Assembly (NCBI GenBank): GCA_037444405.1
Contig: JBBIML010000006.1
Coordinates: forward strand, 177,438 to 241,437
From: Armatimonadota bacterium
Lineage (GTDB): Bacteria > Armatimonadota > Fimbriimonadia > Fimbriimonadales > GBS-DC
DNA length: 64,000 nucleotides
Direction of reading: 5' to 3'
Below, in pieces: positions 26,203 to 37,600 of this stretch. The notes under the pieces are model-generated. The model ran no database searches. It saw nothing but the letters and a program-made list of their open reading frames with translations, and had not been told where the DNA came from. Positions within the stretch are counted from its first letter, which is position 1. Each line of letters begins with the position of its first letter. The position numbers and the translations under genes are program-made.

Positions 26203-28890
26203 ATGAAGACGACACTGCAGGAGCTGGCAACGCCTGATCCCTGGCACGCGCTCTCCGCCGAGCAGGTAGCCTATCGGCTGGAAACGGGCGCAGGTGGGCT
26301 AACCGAATCCGAAGCGCGCCGGCGCCTCCAGCGGTACGGACCCAACCGCCTGGAGGAGGCGAAGCCTGTCAATCCGCTGCTTGTCCTGCTCCATCAGTTT
26401 CAAAGCCCGCTGATTTACATTCTCGTGTTGGCGGCGGTCGTCACCTTCTGGTTAGGCGACACCATCGACTCGATAGTGATTGCTGCGGTGCTTTTGGTGA
26501 ACGCCCTGATTGGCTTTATTCAGGAGTACCGTGCCGAGCATGCAATTCGTGCCCTGACGCGCCTTGCGGTGCCGAAGGCGCGCGTGGTTCGGGATGGACA
26601 TGAGCGCGAAATCGAAAGCGGGCGATTGGTGCCAGGTGATCTTGTGCTGCTGGAGACAGGCATGCGCGTGCCTGCCGATATTCGGCTGGTCGCGGCGACC
26701 GCCCTGCAGGTGGACGAATCGCTTCTGACGGGCGAATCGGTGCCCGTGTTGAAACAGGTTGCGCCTGTGCCAGCGGCAACACCGTTAGCGGATCGGGTCA
26801 ATATGGTCTATTCGGGCACGGTCATCACCGCTGGACGCGGGCGCGGCTATGTGGTCGCGACAGGCGCCTCCTCCGAGCTGGGCAAGATTGCGCACACCGT
26901 CCACCAGCAAGCGCCTCCTGAAACCCCGCTCCAGATGCGCATGCGCCAATTTGCCGGCATTATCGCCATCGTGACGGGAATCAGCTGTGGCGTGATTCTC
27001 GCGCTGGGCATCGTGCTGGGCAATACGCCTCTGCACATGTTCAAGGTGGTGGTGGGCGTCGCGGTGGCGGCGATCCCGGAGGGGCTGCCGATTGTGATGA
27101 CCATCGCGCTGGCGCTCAGCGTCCATCGGATGGCGCGCCGCAACGCGCTGGTGCGTCAGTTCGCCGCCGTCGAAACGCTCGGCAGTACGACCACCATCGG
27201 TTCCGACAAAACGGGCACCCTCACCGAAAATCGGATGACCGTTCAGGAATACTGGGTTGCCGAAGAGGTGTTCCGCATCGAGGAGCTGGAAAAGCAGGGA
27301 CTGCCCGAATCGGACGAGCATCCCTTTATCCTGGCTCTGCTGACAGGCATTCTGACCAACGAGGCGGAGGTGGAAGAAAGCGAGGCGGGCTACGAGATTC
27401 ATGGCGACCCGACGGAAGCAGCGTTGCTGATTGCCGCTCTGCGAATCGGCGTCGCCCATCGGGTGGTGCGTGAGCGACATCCCGTGGTGGGCGAAATCCC
27501 GTTCGAGCCAGAGCTGCAGTATTCGGCAAGCGTGCGCGAGCACGGCGGTGAACAGTGGGTTTTTGTTAAAGGCGCCCCGGAGCGGCTCTTCCGGATGGCG
27601 ACCCACTGGCTAACACGCGACGGCGAGCGCGCTCTGGACGAAACGGCTCGCCAGCGGATTCAGGAGCAGGCACGCCAGATGGCAGGGCGCGGACTGCGCG
27701 TGCTGGGGCTTGCTTACCGACGCCTGCCAGAGCCGTTAGAACCGACTGAGCGCGTGTCCGAACCCACCGCACTGGTCTTCATCGGGCTGGTCGGCATGAT
27801 GGATCCGCCCCGGCCGGGCGTCAAAGAGGCGATCGACGACTGCCATCGGGCAGGTATTCGCGTGCTGATGATCACGGGCGACCACGCGGAGACAGCGCGC
27901 GCTATCGGACGCGAGCTCGACCTCACGGCTGATGACGCACCCGTGCTGACTGGCGCCGACCTCGATCAGATGGACGAGACGACCCTGCGTGAACAGGTGA
28001 AGCGAGTCGCCATCTTTGCGCGGGTTAGCCCCGAGCACAAGCTGCGCATCGTGCATGCTCTGCGGGCGAACGGCGAGGTGGTCGCGATGACGGGCGACGG
28101 CGTGAACGACGCCCCTGCCCTCAAAGCCGCCGATGTGGGCATCGCGATGGGCAAAAGCGGCACTGATGTCGCCCGTGAAGCCGCCGACATCGTGCTGACC
28201 GATGATAACTTCATATCGATTCGGAACGCTGTTGAGGAGGGGCGCATCGCGTTCAGCAACCTGCGCAACGCGACCTTCTTCCTGCTGTCGACGGGCGCGG
28301 CTTCCGTGCTGATCTTTTTCCTGACCCTGCTGACAGGACTGCCGATCCCCCTTCTGCCAGCTCAACTGCTATGGCTCAACCTTGTGACGAACGGGCTTCA
28401 GGATGTGGCGCTCGCTTTTGAGTCGGGGGAGCGAGGCGTGATGACGCGCCCGCCACGCCCTCGAAACGAGGGTATCATCTCGCCCCTACTATGGGAGCGC
28501 ACCGTGATTGTCGGCATCCTGATTGCGGGAGCCACCTATGCCCTGTTCCGATGGGAACTGGAAAATGGCGGCTCACTCAGCCAGGCGCAGACCGTTGCCC
28601 TCACGACGCTGGTGCTGTTCCAGAACTTCCATGTGGGCAACTGCCGCTCCGAATATCGCTCCGCACTTTTCCTGAGTCCCCTGCGCAATCCGTTCCTGTT
28701 GCTGGCGGCGCTCAGCGCACTGAGTGCGCATACCGCGGCGCTCTATCTGCCGTGGACGCAGTTCATTCTGCGGGTGGAGCCAATCGGGCTGGAAGAGTGG
28801 ACGCGAATGGTGCTGGTCGCGCTCAGCGTGGTGGTCGTGGTCGAACTTCACAAATGGCTCCGCCATCCCCTGCGAGCAAGAACAGGATAG
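26203..28890 (+). CDS. P-type cation-transporting ATPase (type II, Ca2+/Mg2+-like).
   Basis: TGES, DKTGTLT, MITGD and GDGVNDAPALK motifs, with about 10 TM segments. Confidence 0.9.
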   Translation: MKTTLQELATPDPWHALSAEQVAYRLETGAGGLTESEARRRLQRYGPNRLEEAKPVNPLLVLLHQFQSPLIYILVLAAVVTFWLGDTIDSIVIAAVLLVNALIGFIQEYRAEHAIRALTRLAVPKARVVRDGHEREIESGRLVPGDLVLLETGMRVPADIRLVAATALQVDESLLTGESVPVLKQVAPVPAATPLADRVNMVYSGTVITAGRGRGYVVATGASSELGKIAHTVHQQAPPETPLQMRMRQFAGIIAIVTGISCGVILALGIVLGNTPLHMFKVVVGVAVAAIPEGLPIVMTIALALSVHRMARRNALVRQFAAVETLGSTTTIGSDKTGTLTENRMTVQEYWVAEEVFRIEELEKQGLPESDEHPFILALLTGILTNEAEVEESEAGYEIHGDPTEAALLIAALRIGVAHRVVRERHPVVGEIPFEPELQYSASVREHGGEQWVFVKGAPERLFRMATHWLTRDGERALDETARQRIQEQARQMAGRGLRVLGLAYRRLPEPLEPTERVSEPTALVFIGLVGMMDPPRPGVKEAIDDCHRAGIRVLMITGDHAETARAIGRELDLTADDAPVLTGADLDQMDETTLREQVKRVAIFARVSPEHKLRIVHALRANGEVVAMTGDGVNDAPALKAADVGIAMGKSGTDVAREAADIVLTDDNFISIRNAVEEGRIAFSNLRNATFFLLSTGAASVLIFFLTLLTGLPIPLLPAQLLWLNLVTNGLQDVALAFESGERGVMTRPPRPRNEGIISPLLWERTVIVGILIAGATYALFRWELENGGSLSQAQTVALTTLVLFQNFHVGNCRSEYRSALFLSPLRNPFLLLAALSALSAHTAALYLPWTQFILRVEPIGLEEWTRMVLVALSVVVVVELHKWLRHPLRARTG

Positions 28891-28929
28891 CCTATCCACG
28901 CGCGACTTTGTGAAAAAAGGCACAACCCC

Positions 28930-28959
28930 TTGACGCGCCCGTCATGGGATGGGTATAAT
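28930..28959 (+). promoter_or_regulatory. Sigma-70-type promoter of the atp operon.
   Basis: TTGACG (28930-28935), an 18-nt spacer, then TATAAT (28954-28959) followed by AGGG. It shares CCTTGAC / TATAATAGRG with two other promoters in the window. Confidence 0.5.
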
Positions 28960-28990
28960 AGGGGGCGCGAAGGAGGCGAATAGGCAGACA

Positions 28991-29707
28991 GTGCAGGAAC
29001 ATCATATTGCGCCTGTGGTTTTCACGGTGTTCGCCGGCATCGCGGCAGCGGTGCTGGTCGTTTTTGCGCTTCTATCCACCCGCAATATGCAGAAGCGACC
29101 GGGCAAACTGCAGAATCTGGCGGAACTCATCTACGAAGGTTTTGAAGGGCTGGTGGTCAGCACGGCGGGCGAGCACGGGCGCAAATATGTGCCGCTGGTC
29201 GGCACGCTCTTCCTGTATATTCTCATTTGCAATCTGTTCGGGCTGTTGCCGGCGCCGTTCGTTGCGCCCACCGCCAGCCTGAACACCACGATTGCGCTGG
29301 CGCTGCTGGTGTTCCTGTATGTGCAGTTTGAAGGCATTCGCACGAACGGCATCGGGGGCTATCTGGGGCATTTTGCAGGGATTGGCAAGGTGCCCCTTTT
29401 TATCGCGCCGCTGCTGTTCGTGGTGGAGCTGATGGGCGAGCTGGCGAAGCCCTTCTCGCTCGCCATCCGATTATATGGCAACATGTTCGGCAAGGAGCAG
29501 GTGGTGCTGGCACTGATTGGCTTCTTCGCCATCCCGCTGTTCAAATCGTACTACATTCCGCTACCCGTGCAGTTCCCGATTTTGCTGTTAGGTCTGCTGG
29601 TGGCGTTTGTGCAGGCGTTCGTGTTTGCGCTGCTGACCACCATCTATCTGGGTCTGATGACCGAGCATGTGAGCGAGCATGCTCATGCGGAGGCGGTGGC
29701 GCACTGA
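28991..29707 (+). CDS. atpB: F0F1 ATP synthase subunit a.
   Basis: Polytopic protein with a conserved LAIRLYGNMFG(K) region. The GTG at 28991 with SD gaaggagg is preferred, because the track start at 28949 lies inside the -10 element. Confidence 0.85.
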   Translation: MQEHHIAPVVFTVFAGIAAAVLVVFALLSTRNMQKRPGKLQNLAELIYEGFEGLVVSTAGEHGRKYVPLVGTLFLYILICNLFGLLPAPFVAPTASLNTTIALALLVFLYVQFEGIRTNGIGGYLGHFAGIGKVPLFIAPLLFVVELMGELAKPFSLAIRLYGNMFGKEQVVLALIGFFAIPLFKSYYIPLPVQFPILLLGLLVAFVQAFVFALLTTIYLGLMTEHVSEHAHAEAVAH

Positions 29708-29778
29708 GATTTCTCCATGCCTCGCGTGGAGAGTGAACGCAGCGGATGCGAACCTAAAAAACAAGGAGGAGATGAACG

Positions 29779-30063
29779 ATGGAAACAGGTGTCGGTCTTT
29801 ATCTGATGGGGCTGGCTCTGGCGGCTGGGCTGGGGCTGCCCATCGGCGTGATTGGCGCCGGTATCGGTCAGGGCATCGCGGCATCGGGCGCGTTGCGTGG
29901 CATGGCGCGTCAACCCGAGCTGGCGGGGCGAATCCAGACAGGCATGATTATCGCCCTCGCCTTCATCGAGTCACTGGTGCTGTACGCCCTGCTGATGTTC
30001 TTCCTGCTGCAGGGCAAGCTACCCGCCGTCGATGTGCTGGTGGACACCCTGCGCAAACCCTGA
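29779..30063 (+). CDS. atpE: F0F1 ATP synthase subunit c.
   Basis: Two-helix hairpin with GxGxGxG, the RQPE loop and a carboxylate in AFIESLVLY. Confidence 0.9.
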   Translation: METGVGLYLMGLALAAGLGLPIGVIGAGIGQGIAASGALRGMARQPELAGRIQTGMIIALAFIESLVLYALLMFFLLQGKLPAVDVLVDTLRKP

Positions 30064-30119
30064 TGCAATCCATGCCGGGGTGAGGCGCTTCCCCGCCTCG
30101 CCCCTCACGAGGAACAGCT

Positions 30120-30668
30120 ATGTGGACGACGCTCACGAACCTGATGGCTGCCGAGACACACGGCGGTGGCGGCATCCTGGAGCAGCTCGGAATCGATTTC
30201 AATCTCATCATTATTCAGGCGGTCGGGTTCCTGCTGCTGCTGTGGCTGCTGACGCGCTTCTTCTGGAAGCCAATTGAGCAGATGCTGGAGGCGCGTCGGC
30301 AGGACATCAACGCCACCTACGACAAGATCGAAGCTGACCGCCGCGCGATGGAGCAGCTGCGGGCGGAATATGAGCAGCGACTGGCGCAGATCGAAGCCGA
30401 AGCCCGCGAACGAATCCAGCAGGCGGTTGGTGAAGCCCAGCAGCTGCGCGACCAGATTCTGCAGGACGCCCGCCGTCAGGCGCAGGAGATTATCGCCCGT
30501 GCGCAGGAGCAAGCGAGCCTCGAACGCGAGAAACTGCTCACCGAGCTGCAGACCCATGTCGCCGACCTGACGCTCGCCGTCGCGGAGCGCATTCTGGGCG
30601 AAAGCCTCGACGACGAGCGCCATCGCCGACTGATCAACGAGTTCATCCAGACGGTGGAGGTGCGCTGA
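30120..30668 (+). CDS. atpF: F0F1 ATP synthase subunit b.
   Basis: Single N-terminal TM followed by a long charged helix, located between atpE and atpH. Confidence 0.85.
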   Translation: MWTTLTNLMAAETHGGGGILEQLGIDFNLIIIQAVGFLLLLWLLTRFFWKPIEQMLEARRQDINATYDKIEADRRAMEQLRAEYEQRLAQIEAEARERIQQAVGEAQQLRDQILQDARRQAQEIIARAQEQASLEREKLLTELQTHVADLTLAVAERILGESLDDERHRRLINEFIQTVEVR

Positions 30669-31238
30669 ATGCGAGCCGACTGGCGTGTGGCACGACGCTA
30701 CGCGGGCGCGCTGTTCAAAGCCGCGCTGAACGCGAACACGCTTCAGCGCGTGGGCGAGGACCTGGAGCGCCTGCGCACCCTCCTGCAGGCGAGCGAGGCG
30801 CTGCAGGCGTTCCTCTATAGCCCGCAAATCCCCCGTGACCGCAAAAAGCAGCGCCTGAACGAACTGCTGTCCCGCGACCTGCAACCGCTGACCATGAACC
30901 TGCTCGCGCTGGTCATCGAAAAGCGGCGCGAGAAGCAACTGAACGCCATCATAGAGGAGTTCCAGCGGCTGCGCGAGGCGCACGAGGGCATCGCCCGCGC
31001 CACCATCACCTCCGCCATCCCCCTCAGCCACAGCCAGCAACAGGCGCTCCTGCAACGACTGGAGAACAGCACGGGCAAGCGAATCATCCCCACTTTTGAA
31101 GTTGACCCCAGCCAGATTGGCGGGGTTCGAGTGCAGATTGGCGATTATCAGATTGACGGCACGATTCGGGGCGCGCTCGAACGGCTGCACGACCATGTGC
31201 GCCTCGAAATCGCTCGCCGCAGCCGAATCACCGGATGA
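30669..31238 (+). CDS. atpH: F0F1 ATP synthase subunit delta (OSCP).
   Basis: VARRYAGALF start, OSCP-like length, and position upstream of atpA. Confidence 0.85.
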   Translation: MRADWRVARRYAGALFKAALNANTLQRVGEDLERLRTLLQASEALQAFLYSPQIPRDRKKQRLNELLSRDLQPLTMNLLALVIEKRREKQLNAIIEEFQRLREAHEGIARATITSAIPLSHSQQQALLQRLENSTGKRIIPTFEVDPSQIGGVRVQIGDYQIDGTIRGALERLHDHVRLEIARRSRITG

Positions 31239-31247
31239 GGTGCAACC

Positions 31248-32786
31248 ATGGCAATCCGACCTGAAGAAATAACGAGCATTCTGGCAAAAGAGATCGAATC
31301 GCTGGATCAGAAGCCTGTCGCGGAGAGCGTCGGCACGGTGCTGCAGGTGGGCGACGGCATCGCCCGCGTGTACGGGCTGCCCGACGCCCAGATGGGCGAG
31401 CTGCTGGAGTTCCCGCACGAGGTGATGGGGCTGGTGCTGAACCTTGAAGAGGACAGCATCGGCTGCATCATTCTCGGCTCGGACGAGGAACTCAAAGAGG
31501 GCGACCCGGTGCGCCGCACAGGGCGCATCGCGGAGGTGCCCGTCGGCAAAGCGCTGCTGGGGCGCGTGGTCGACGCGCTCGGACGACCGCTCGACGGCAA
31601 GGGACCCATCGTCGCCGAAGAGTATCGCCGCGTGGAAGTGATTGCGCCCGGCGTGGTCAAGCGCCAGCCCGTCAAGGAGCCGCTGCAAACGGGCATCAAA
31701 GCCATCGACTCCATGATTCCCATCGGGCGCGGTCAGCGCGAGCTGATTATCGGCGACCGCTCCACCGGCAAAACTGCCATCGTGCTGGACACCATCATCA
31801 ATCAGAAATATACGCACGAGACCGATTCGCCCGTCTACTGCATCTATGTGGCGATTGGTCAGAAGATGGCGGCGATTGCCCGCTTCATCGACACGCTGGA
31901 GCGGTACGGCGCGATGGAGTACACCACGGTCGTGGTAGCGTCCGCCAGCGACCCGAACAGTCTGCAGTACCTGGCGCCCTACGCGGGCTGCGCGATGGGC
32001 GAATACTTCCGCGATAACGGCATGCACGCGCTGGTGGTGTACGACGACCTGTCCAAGCATGCGCAGGCGTATCGCGCGGTTTCGCTGCTGCTGCGCCGTC
32101 CGCCAGGGCGCGAGGCATATCCGGGCGATGTGTTCTATCTGCACTCGCGCCTGCTGGAGCGCGCGGCGAAGCTCTCGGACGAGCTCGGCGGCGGCTCGCT
32201 GACCGCACTGCCCATCATCGAGACGCAGGCGGGCGATGTGTCCGCCTATATCCCGACCAATGTCATCTCCATCACCGATGGGCAGATCTATCTGGAGCCG
32301 AGCCTGTTCTACGCGGGTATTCGCCCCGCGATCAATGTGGGCATCTCGGTCAGCCGTGTGGGGGGCGACGCCCAGATTCGCGCGATGAAGCAGGTGGCGG
32401 GACGCCTGCGACTGGACATGGCGCAGTTCCGCGAGGTGCAGGCGTTCGCCCAGTTCGCCTCCGACCTCGACCGCGCCACCCAGATGCAGCTCGCGCGCGG
32501 ATTGCGCCTGCAGGAGATTCTCAAACAGCCCCAGTTCCAGCCGATGCCCGTCGAGGAGCAGGTGATGATTATCTTCGCGGGCACGCAGGGCTACCTCGAC
32601 GACATCCCGGTGGAGCTGGTGCGCGCGTTTGAGGACGGCTTCCATCCCTTCATGCGCGAAAAGTATCCCGACATCGGCGAAAAGATTCGGCGCGAGAAGC
32701 AGTTAGACGCCGATACGGAAGCCGACCTGCGCCGCGCGATTGAGGAATATAAGGCGCTCTTCAAGCAGGAGCAGGGGCTGACATGA
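31248..32786 (+). CDS. atpA: F0F1 ATP synthase subunit alpha.
   Basis: GDRSTGKT Walker A, and high overall similarity to AtpA ([18 protein letters not shown]). Confidence 0.95.
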   Translation: MAIRPEEITSILAKEIESLDQKPVAESVGTVLQVGDGIARVYGLPDAQMGELLEFPHEVMGLVLNLEEDSIGCIILGSDEELKEGDPVRRTGRIAEVPVGKALLGRVVDALGRPLDGKGPIVAEEYRRVEVIAPGVVKRQPVKEPLQTGIKAIDSMIPIGRGQRELIIGDRSTGKTAIVLDTIINQKYTHETDSPVYCIYVAIGQKMAAIARFIDTLERYGAMEYTTVVVASASDPNSLQYLAPYAGCAMGEYFRDNGMHALVVYDDLSKHAQAYRAVSLLLRRPPGREAYPGDVFYLHSRLLERAAKLSDELGGGSLTALPIIETQAGDVSAYIPTNVISITDGQIYLEPSLFYAGIRPAINVGISVSRVGGDAQIRAMKQVAGRLRLDMAQFREVQAFAQFASDLDRATQMQLARGLRLQEILKQPQFQPMPVEEQVMIIFAGTQGYLDDIPVELVRAFEDGFHPFMREKYPDIGEKIRREKQLDADTEADLRRAIEEYKALFKQEQGLT

Positions 32787-33646
32787 GAACGCTGCGAGCG
32801 ATGCGGTCGCGCATTCGCGCCGCGAAGAACATTCAGCAGATCACGCGGGCGATGAAGCTGGTCTCCGCGGCTCGCCTGCGTCGGGCGCAGGATCGCGTGC
32901 TGGCAGCCCGACCCTACGCCCAGCGCATGCACGAGATTATGCAGGAGCTGGGTCGCGCGGGCGACCTGCCTGAACACCCGCTGCTGCAGCGCCGACCTGT
33001 CCAGCATGTCGGCTTCGTGCTGATCACCTCCGACAGGGGTCTGTGCGGCGCGTACAATATGAACCTGATTCGTGCCCTGCAGAACGCCATTCGCGATCAG
33101 GGGCTTCAGCAGGAGCAGGTGCGCCTGATCTGCGTCGGGCGACGCGGCTACCAGTTCTTTGCTAAGCGCGGATTCACCGTCGAACTCTATCGCTCGATGC
33201 CAACAGGCGGTGCCGGGCTGGAAGACGCGCGCGCCGTCACCAGCGCCATCACCGAGCTGTTTGTTGGCGGGCGCGTCGACAGGGTCTATCTGGTCTACGC
33301 ACGGTTCATCAACCCCGTGACTCAGCGTCCGGTGGTTCAGCCAGTTCTGCCGATTGAGCCGCCCGCTGGCGAGGAGAGCAGCCCGCGCGAGTTCATCTTC
33401 GAGCCGCCTGCTGACGAGCTGCTGGAACGGCTGCTGCCCCGCTACCTGCTGACGCAGGTGCTGCAGGCGTTGCTGGAAGCCAGCGCGAGCGAGCATGGCG
33501 CCCGCATGACCGCCATGTCGATGGCGAGCGATAACGCGGGCAAGATGATTCAGGAGCTGACGCTGGTGATGAACCGCCTGCGCCAGGCGGCGATTACCAA
33601 AGAGATTGCTGAGGTGGTGAGCGGCGCAGAGGCGCTCAAGGGCTGA
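32783..33646 (+). CDS. atpG: F0F1 ATP synthase subunit gamma.
   Basis: [27 protein letters not shown]-terminus and [20 protein letters not shown]-terminus. It overlaps the atpA stop (ATGA). Confidence 0.9.
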   Translation: MRTLRAMRSRIRAAKNIQQITRAMKLVSAARLRRAQDRVLAARPYAQRMHEIMQELGRAGDLPEHPLLQRRPVQHVGFVLITSDRGLCGAYNMNLIRALQNAIRDQGLQQEQVRLICVGRRGYQFFAKRGFTVELYRSMPTGGAGLEDARAVTSAITELFVGGRVDRVYLVYARFINPVTQRPVVQPVLPIEPPAGEESSPREFIFEPPADELLERLLPRYLLTQVLQALLEASASEHGARMTAMSMASDNAGKMIQELTLVMNRLRQAAITKEIAEVVSGAEALKG

Positions 33647-34464
33647 TGAGCGAGCTGACAGGACGGGTGGCGATTATCACGGGCGCCAGTCGGGGCATCG
33701 GGCGGGCAATCGCGCTCCGACTGGCGCGGGAAGGTGTGCGCGTGGTCATCGCCGCCAAAACCGCTGAACCTGACCCGCGCCTGCCCGGCACTATCTACAC
33801 CGTCGCCGATGAGGTGCAGGCGCTCGGCGGCGAGGCGTTCCCCATCCGCGTCGATGTGCGCGACGAGAACGCCATCCAGCAGATGGTCGACGCCACCCTC
33901 CAGCGCTGGGGGCGTATCGACATTCTGGTGAACAACGCGGGCGCGCTCTGGTGGAAGCCTCTGCTGGAGACGCCAGCGAAGCGGTTTGACCTGGTGATGG
34001 GTGTGAATGTGCGCGCCGCGTTCCTCTGCTCTCAAGCCGTTCTGCCCGCAATGATGAACCAGCGGTGGGGTCATATTGTCAACATGTCGCCGCCGATAGA
34101 GCCGTCAGTGGTGGCGGGGCGTATCGCCTACATGCTTTCCAAGTTCGGCATGACCCTGCTCACTTACGGGCTGGCGGAGGAGGTGCGCGAATACAATATT
34201 GCCGTCAACTCGCTCTGGCCCCGCACGCTGATTGAGAGCCAGGCAACCATCGCCTTTCAGCTGGGCGAGCCGCGCTACTGGCGCAAAGCCGACATCATGG
34301 CGGACGCGCTCTGCGAGCTGGTTCGGCGCGAGCCGTCCACCTGCACGGGACAGGTGTGGTTCGACGAGGACATCCTGCGCGAGGCAGGCGTCACCGACTT
34401 CTCCATCTACAACTGCATACCCGACGGCGAACCACTGCCCATCAATTGGGGCTTACTGGGCTGA
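33646..34464 (+). CDS. Short-chain dehydrogenase/reductase (SDR) family oxidoreductase.
   Basis: TGASRGIG cofactor motif, NNAG, and a Y-x3-K region (YMLSKFG). Its start overlaps the atpG stop by 1 nt (TGATG). Confidence 0.85.
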   Translation: MSELTGRVAIITGASRGIGRAIALRLAREGVRVVIAAKTAEPDPRLPGTIYTVADEVQALGGEAFPIRVDVRDENAIQQMVDATLQRWGRIDILVNNAGALWWKPLLETPAKRFDLVMGVNVRAAFLCSQAVLPAMMNQRWGHIVNMSPPIEPSVVAGRIAYMLSKFGMTLLTYGLAEEVREYNIAVNSLWPRTLIESQATIAFQLGEPRYWRKADIMADALCELVRREPSTCTGQVWFDEDILREAGVTDFSIYNCIPDGEPLPINWGLLG

Positions 34465-34596
34465 AACTTCCCCTTTAGGGGCATGGGAGAGGAGGCATTT
34501 TCGATTTTTCAGTTCCTCTTCTTGAATGCCTTCGGGCTGTTCAACCAGTTCGATGCGCCCATTGCGATAGTAGCCGCGCACAGTGGTTAGCGCCAT
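34453..34596 (-). CDS. Possible 47-aa antitoxin-like small ORF (DUF104-like N-terminus). It is not in the ORF track.
   Basis: Hand translation gives MALTTVRGYYRNGRIELVEQPEGIQEEEL..., which resembles short AbrB/DUF104-type antitoxins. No partner toxin is present and the C-terminal part looks unnatural. Confidence 0.25.
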   Translation of the reverse strand: MALTTVRGYYRNGRIELVEQPEGIQEEELKNRKCLLSHAPKGEVSAQ

Positions 34597-34643
34597 TTTC
34601 TCTCACCCAACGAGAGTATACCCTCTGATGGGTATACTTCATC

Positions 34644-37600
34644 TTGATGGTGGCGGAGGCGGTGGCGCACTATCTGGAGCGTCTGCAGGCGATTCAGGGG
34701 CAGGCGCAGGCGACGGGTGAGCTGTCCTATCATCACGCCCTGCATGAACTGCTCATCACACTCGCCCAGCCGCAGGGCGCCACCCTCCTGCATGAGCCAC
34801 GCAAAACAGTCGTGGGCAGACCCGACTTCATTCTGCTCCGCAACGGGATGCCCATCGGCTATCTGGAGGCGGAGGCGTTCGGCGCCGACCTGGACGCCCT
34901 GCAGGGGCACGCGCACCAGCAAACCCGCGCGTTTATCCAGAATTTAGACAACTTTGTGCTGACCAACTTTCTGGAGTTTCGGCTCTATCGGGACGGCGAG
35001 CTGCAGGCGCGAGCAATGCTTCCCGCCCCGCCCGCGCGCGAGACGGTGCGCCTGTTCCCCGACGCGGTGCAGGCTCTGAAAAGCCTGCTGGAGGCTTTTC
35101 TGCAGGGCGAGCCACCCGCGATTGCCGACCCCCAGACGCTGGCGCACTATCTGGCGCGGCGCACCCGCCAGCTCACCGCCGCGCTCGAAACCCTGCTCGC
35201 GCAGAAAGCGGAGACCGACCTGCATAGCCTCTACCGCGCCTTTGAGCGCACGCTCTTGCCCGACCTGAAGCCCGAAGAGTTCGCCGACCTCTACGCACAG
35301 ACGGTTGCCTACGGGCTGTTCGCGGCGCGATGCGCTCAGGCGGATGGCAACGCCTTCAGCCGTCAGTCCGCTGCCATGCTCATCCCGCCCACCAACCCCT
35401 TCCTGCGCCGACTGTTCCAGCTGCTTGCCGCGCATGACCTGCCGCCCACCATCGCCTGGATTGCCGACGAGATTGCCACCCTGCTCGCCCGCGCCGATAT
35501 GCTCGCGATTCTGGAAAACTTCGGGCAACGCACGGGCAAAGAAGACCCCATCGTGCATTTCTATGAGGACTTCCTTGCTATCTATGACCCCGAACAGCGC
35601 GAGATTCGGGGCGTCTACTACACGCCCGAACCTGTCGTGCAGTTCATCGTGCGAGCTGTCGACGATGCGCTGCGCCTGTTCTTCGGCAAATCGCATGGGC
35701 TGGCTGATGACGAAACGCTGATTTTAGACCCCGCCTGCGGCACGGGCAGCTTCCTGTATGAGGTGGTTCAGCAGGTGCATCGGCGCGTGGTGGGGCGATT
35801 CGGTGGAGGCATCTGGCGCGATTACGCCCGCGAGAGGTTAATCCACCGCCTGTTCGGCTTCGAGCTGCTGATGGCGCCCTACGCGATTGCCCACCTGAAG
35901 CTGGGACTACAACTGCAACAGCTCGGTGTGCCGCTCAACAGCCAGCGGCTGGGCATTTATCTCACCAACACGCTGGAGCAGGCGGTCAAGCAGAGCGAGC
36001 TGCTGTTCGGCGAGTTCATCACCCGCGAAGCCAACGCCGCAGTCGCCATCAAGCGCGAGAAGCCCATCCTGGTGGTGCTGGGCAACCCGCCCTACAGCGG
36101 GCACTCCGCCAATCGGAGCTACCATGAATATGAGGAGCGCGACGAGCAGGGACGAATCCGCAAGCGACGCGAACCCACATGGATTGGCAAACTGATAGAA
36201 GACTACAAGCAGATCAACGGTCAGTTGCTGGGGGAGCGGAACCCCAAATGGCTGCAGGATGACTATGTGAAGTTTATTCGCTTCGCCGAGTGGCGCATTC
36301 AGCAGACGGGCGAGGGCATCGTCGCGCTAATTACCAACCACGCCTATCTGGACAACCCCACCTTCCGCGCGATGCGCCATCATCTCCTGCAGAGCTTCCA
36401 GCGGCTCTATATCGTGAACCTGCACGGGAACGCGCGGCGCAAGGAGCGCGCGCCCGACGGCTCGCCCGACGAAAATGTGTTCGACATCCAGCAGGGCGTC
36501 GCGATTCTGATAGCGATTCGGCGGGCGGATGCGGAGCCGGGCGTTTTTTATGTGGATGTGTGGGGGCGGCGCGCGGAGAAGTACGCCTTTTTGCAGGAGC
36601 AGACGCTGGAGCGCGCCGCGTGGACGCGCCTGGAGCCGTCCGAGCCACTCTATCTGTTCGTGCCGCAGGACACCGCGCTCAAAGCCGAATATCAGCAGGG
36701 CTGGCGCATCCCTGATATTTTCCCCGTGCATAGCGTGGGGATTGTAACGGCGCGCGATAAGCTCACCATCCACCGCACGCGCGAAGCCGTGTGGCAAACG
36801 GTGTGCGAGTTCGTGAAGTACGAGGCGGAGCAGGCGCGGTATCTCTTCAAGCTGGGCAAAGATGCGCGCGACTGGTCAGTGGCGCGCGCTCAACAGGACC
36901 TGCGCGATGCAGGGGTTCCCAACGAAAGCGCGAAGGCGCATATCATCCCCATCCTCTATCGCCCCTTCGATGTGCGGTACACCTTCTATACGGGACGGGA
37001 TTGCGGCTTTCACTGCAGACCCCGCTACAAAGTCATGAAAGAACTGCTTGCAGGTGATAATCTGGTGTTGATCACTGTGCGCCAGCAGTCGCGAATGCAG
37101 GACCCCTGGGCGAACGCATTCGTTGCTCAAACGCTTGTGGAGAGCTGTGCGCTTTCAAACTACACGCGCGAAATTGGCTATGTATTTCCCCTCTATATCA
37201 CCCACACGAATAATCACAGGAACAACAATCATAAAAACAACAGGGATCAGAACGCGCTGGATGGGCTGGAGGGGCGCGAGCCGAACCTGAATCGGGAGTT
37301 CTGGAACGCGCTGGCGCAGCGCATCGGCGAGAAGCCCACGCCTGAGGCAATTCTGGGCTATATCTATGCGGTTCTCAACAGCCCCACCTATCGCGCCCGC
37401 TACGCTGAGTTCCTGCGCCGCGACTTCCCGCGCGTGTCCCTGCCCCGCGATAAAGAGCAGTTCGAACAGCTTGCCCATCTGGGACAGCAGCTGATTGACC
37501 TCCACACCCTGCGCCGTCCAGGACATCACGAAGTGAGCTGCCGATACCCTGTGGAAGGCGATAATCGCGTTCAGAAAGTGCGCTATGATGAGGTGAATCA

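Noticed and set aside
30105-32645. 846-aa ORF on the minus strand spanning the atpF, atpH and atpA region.
   Set aside because: It is antisense to four unmistakable ATP synthase genes and crosses their boundaries. The protein is Arg/Ala/His/Gln-rich low-information sequence. It is a typical stop-free antisense frame of GC3-rich genes.
34587-34922. 111-aa minus-strand ORF overlapping the start of the methyltransferase gene.
   Set aside because: It is antisense to the methyltransferase N-terminus, has no motifs and has no translation signals.
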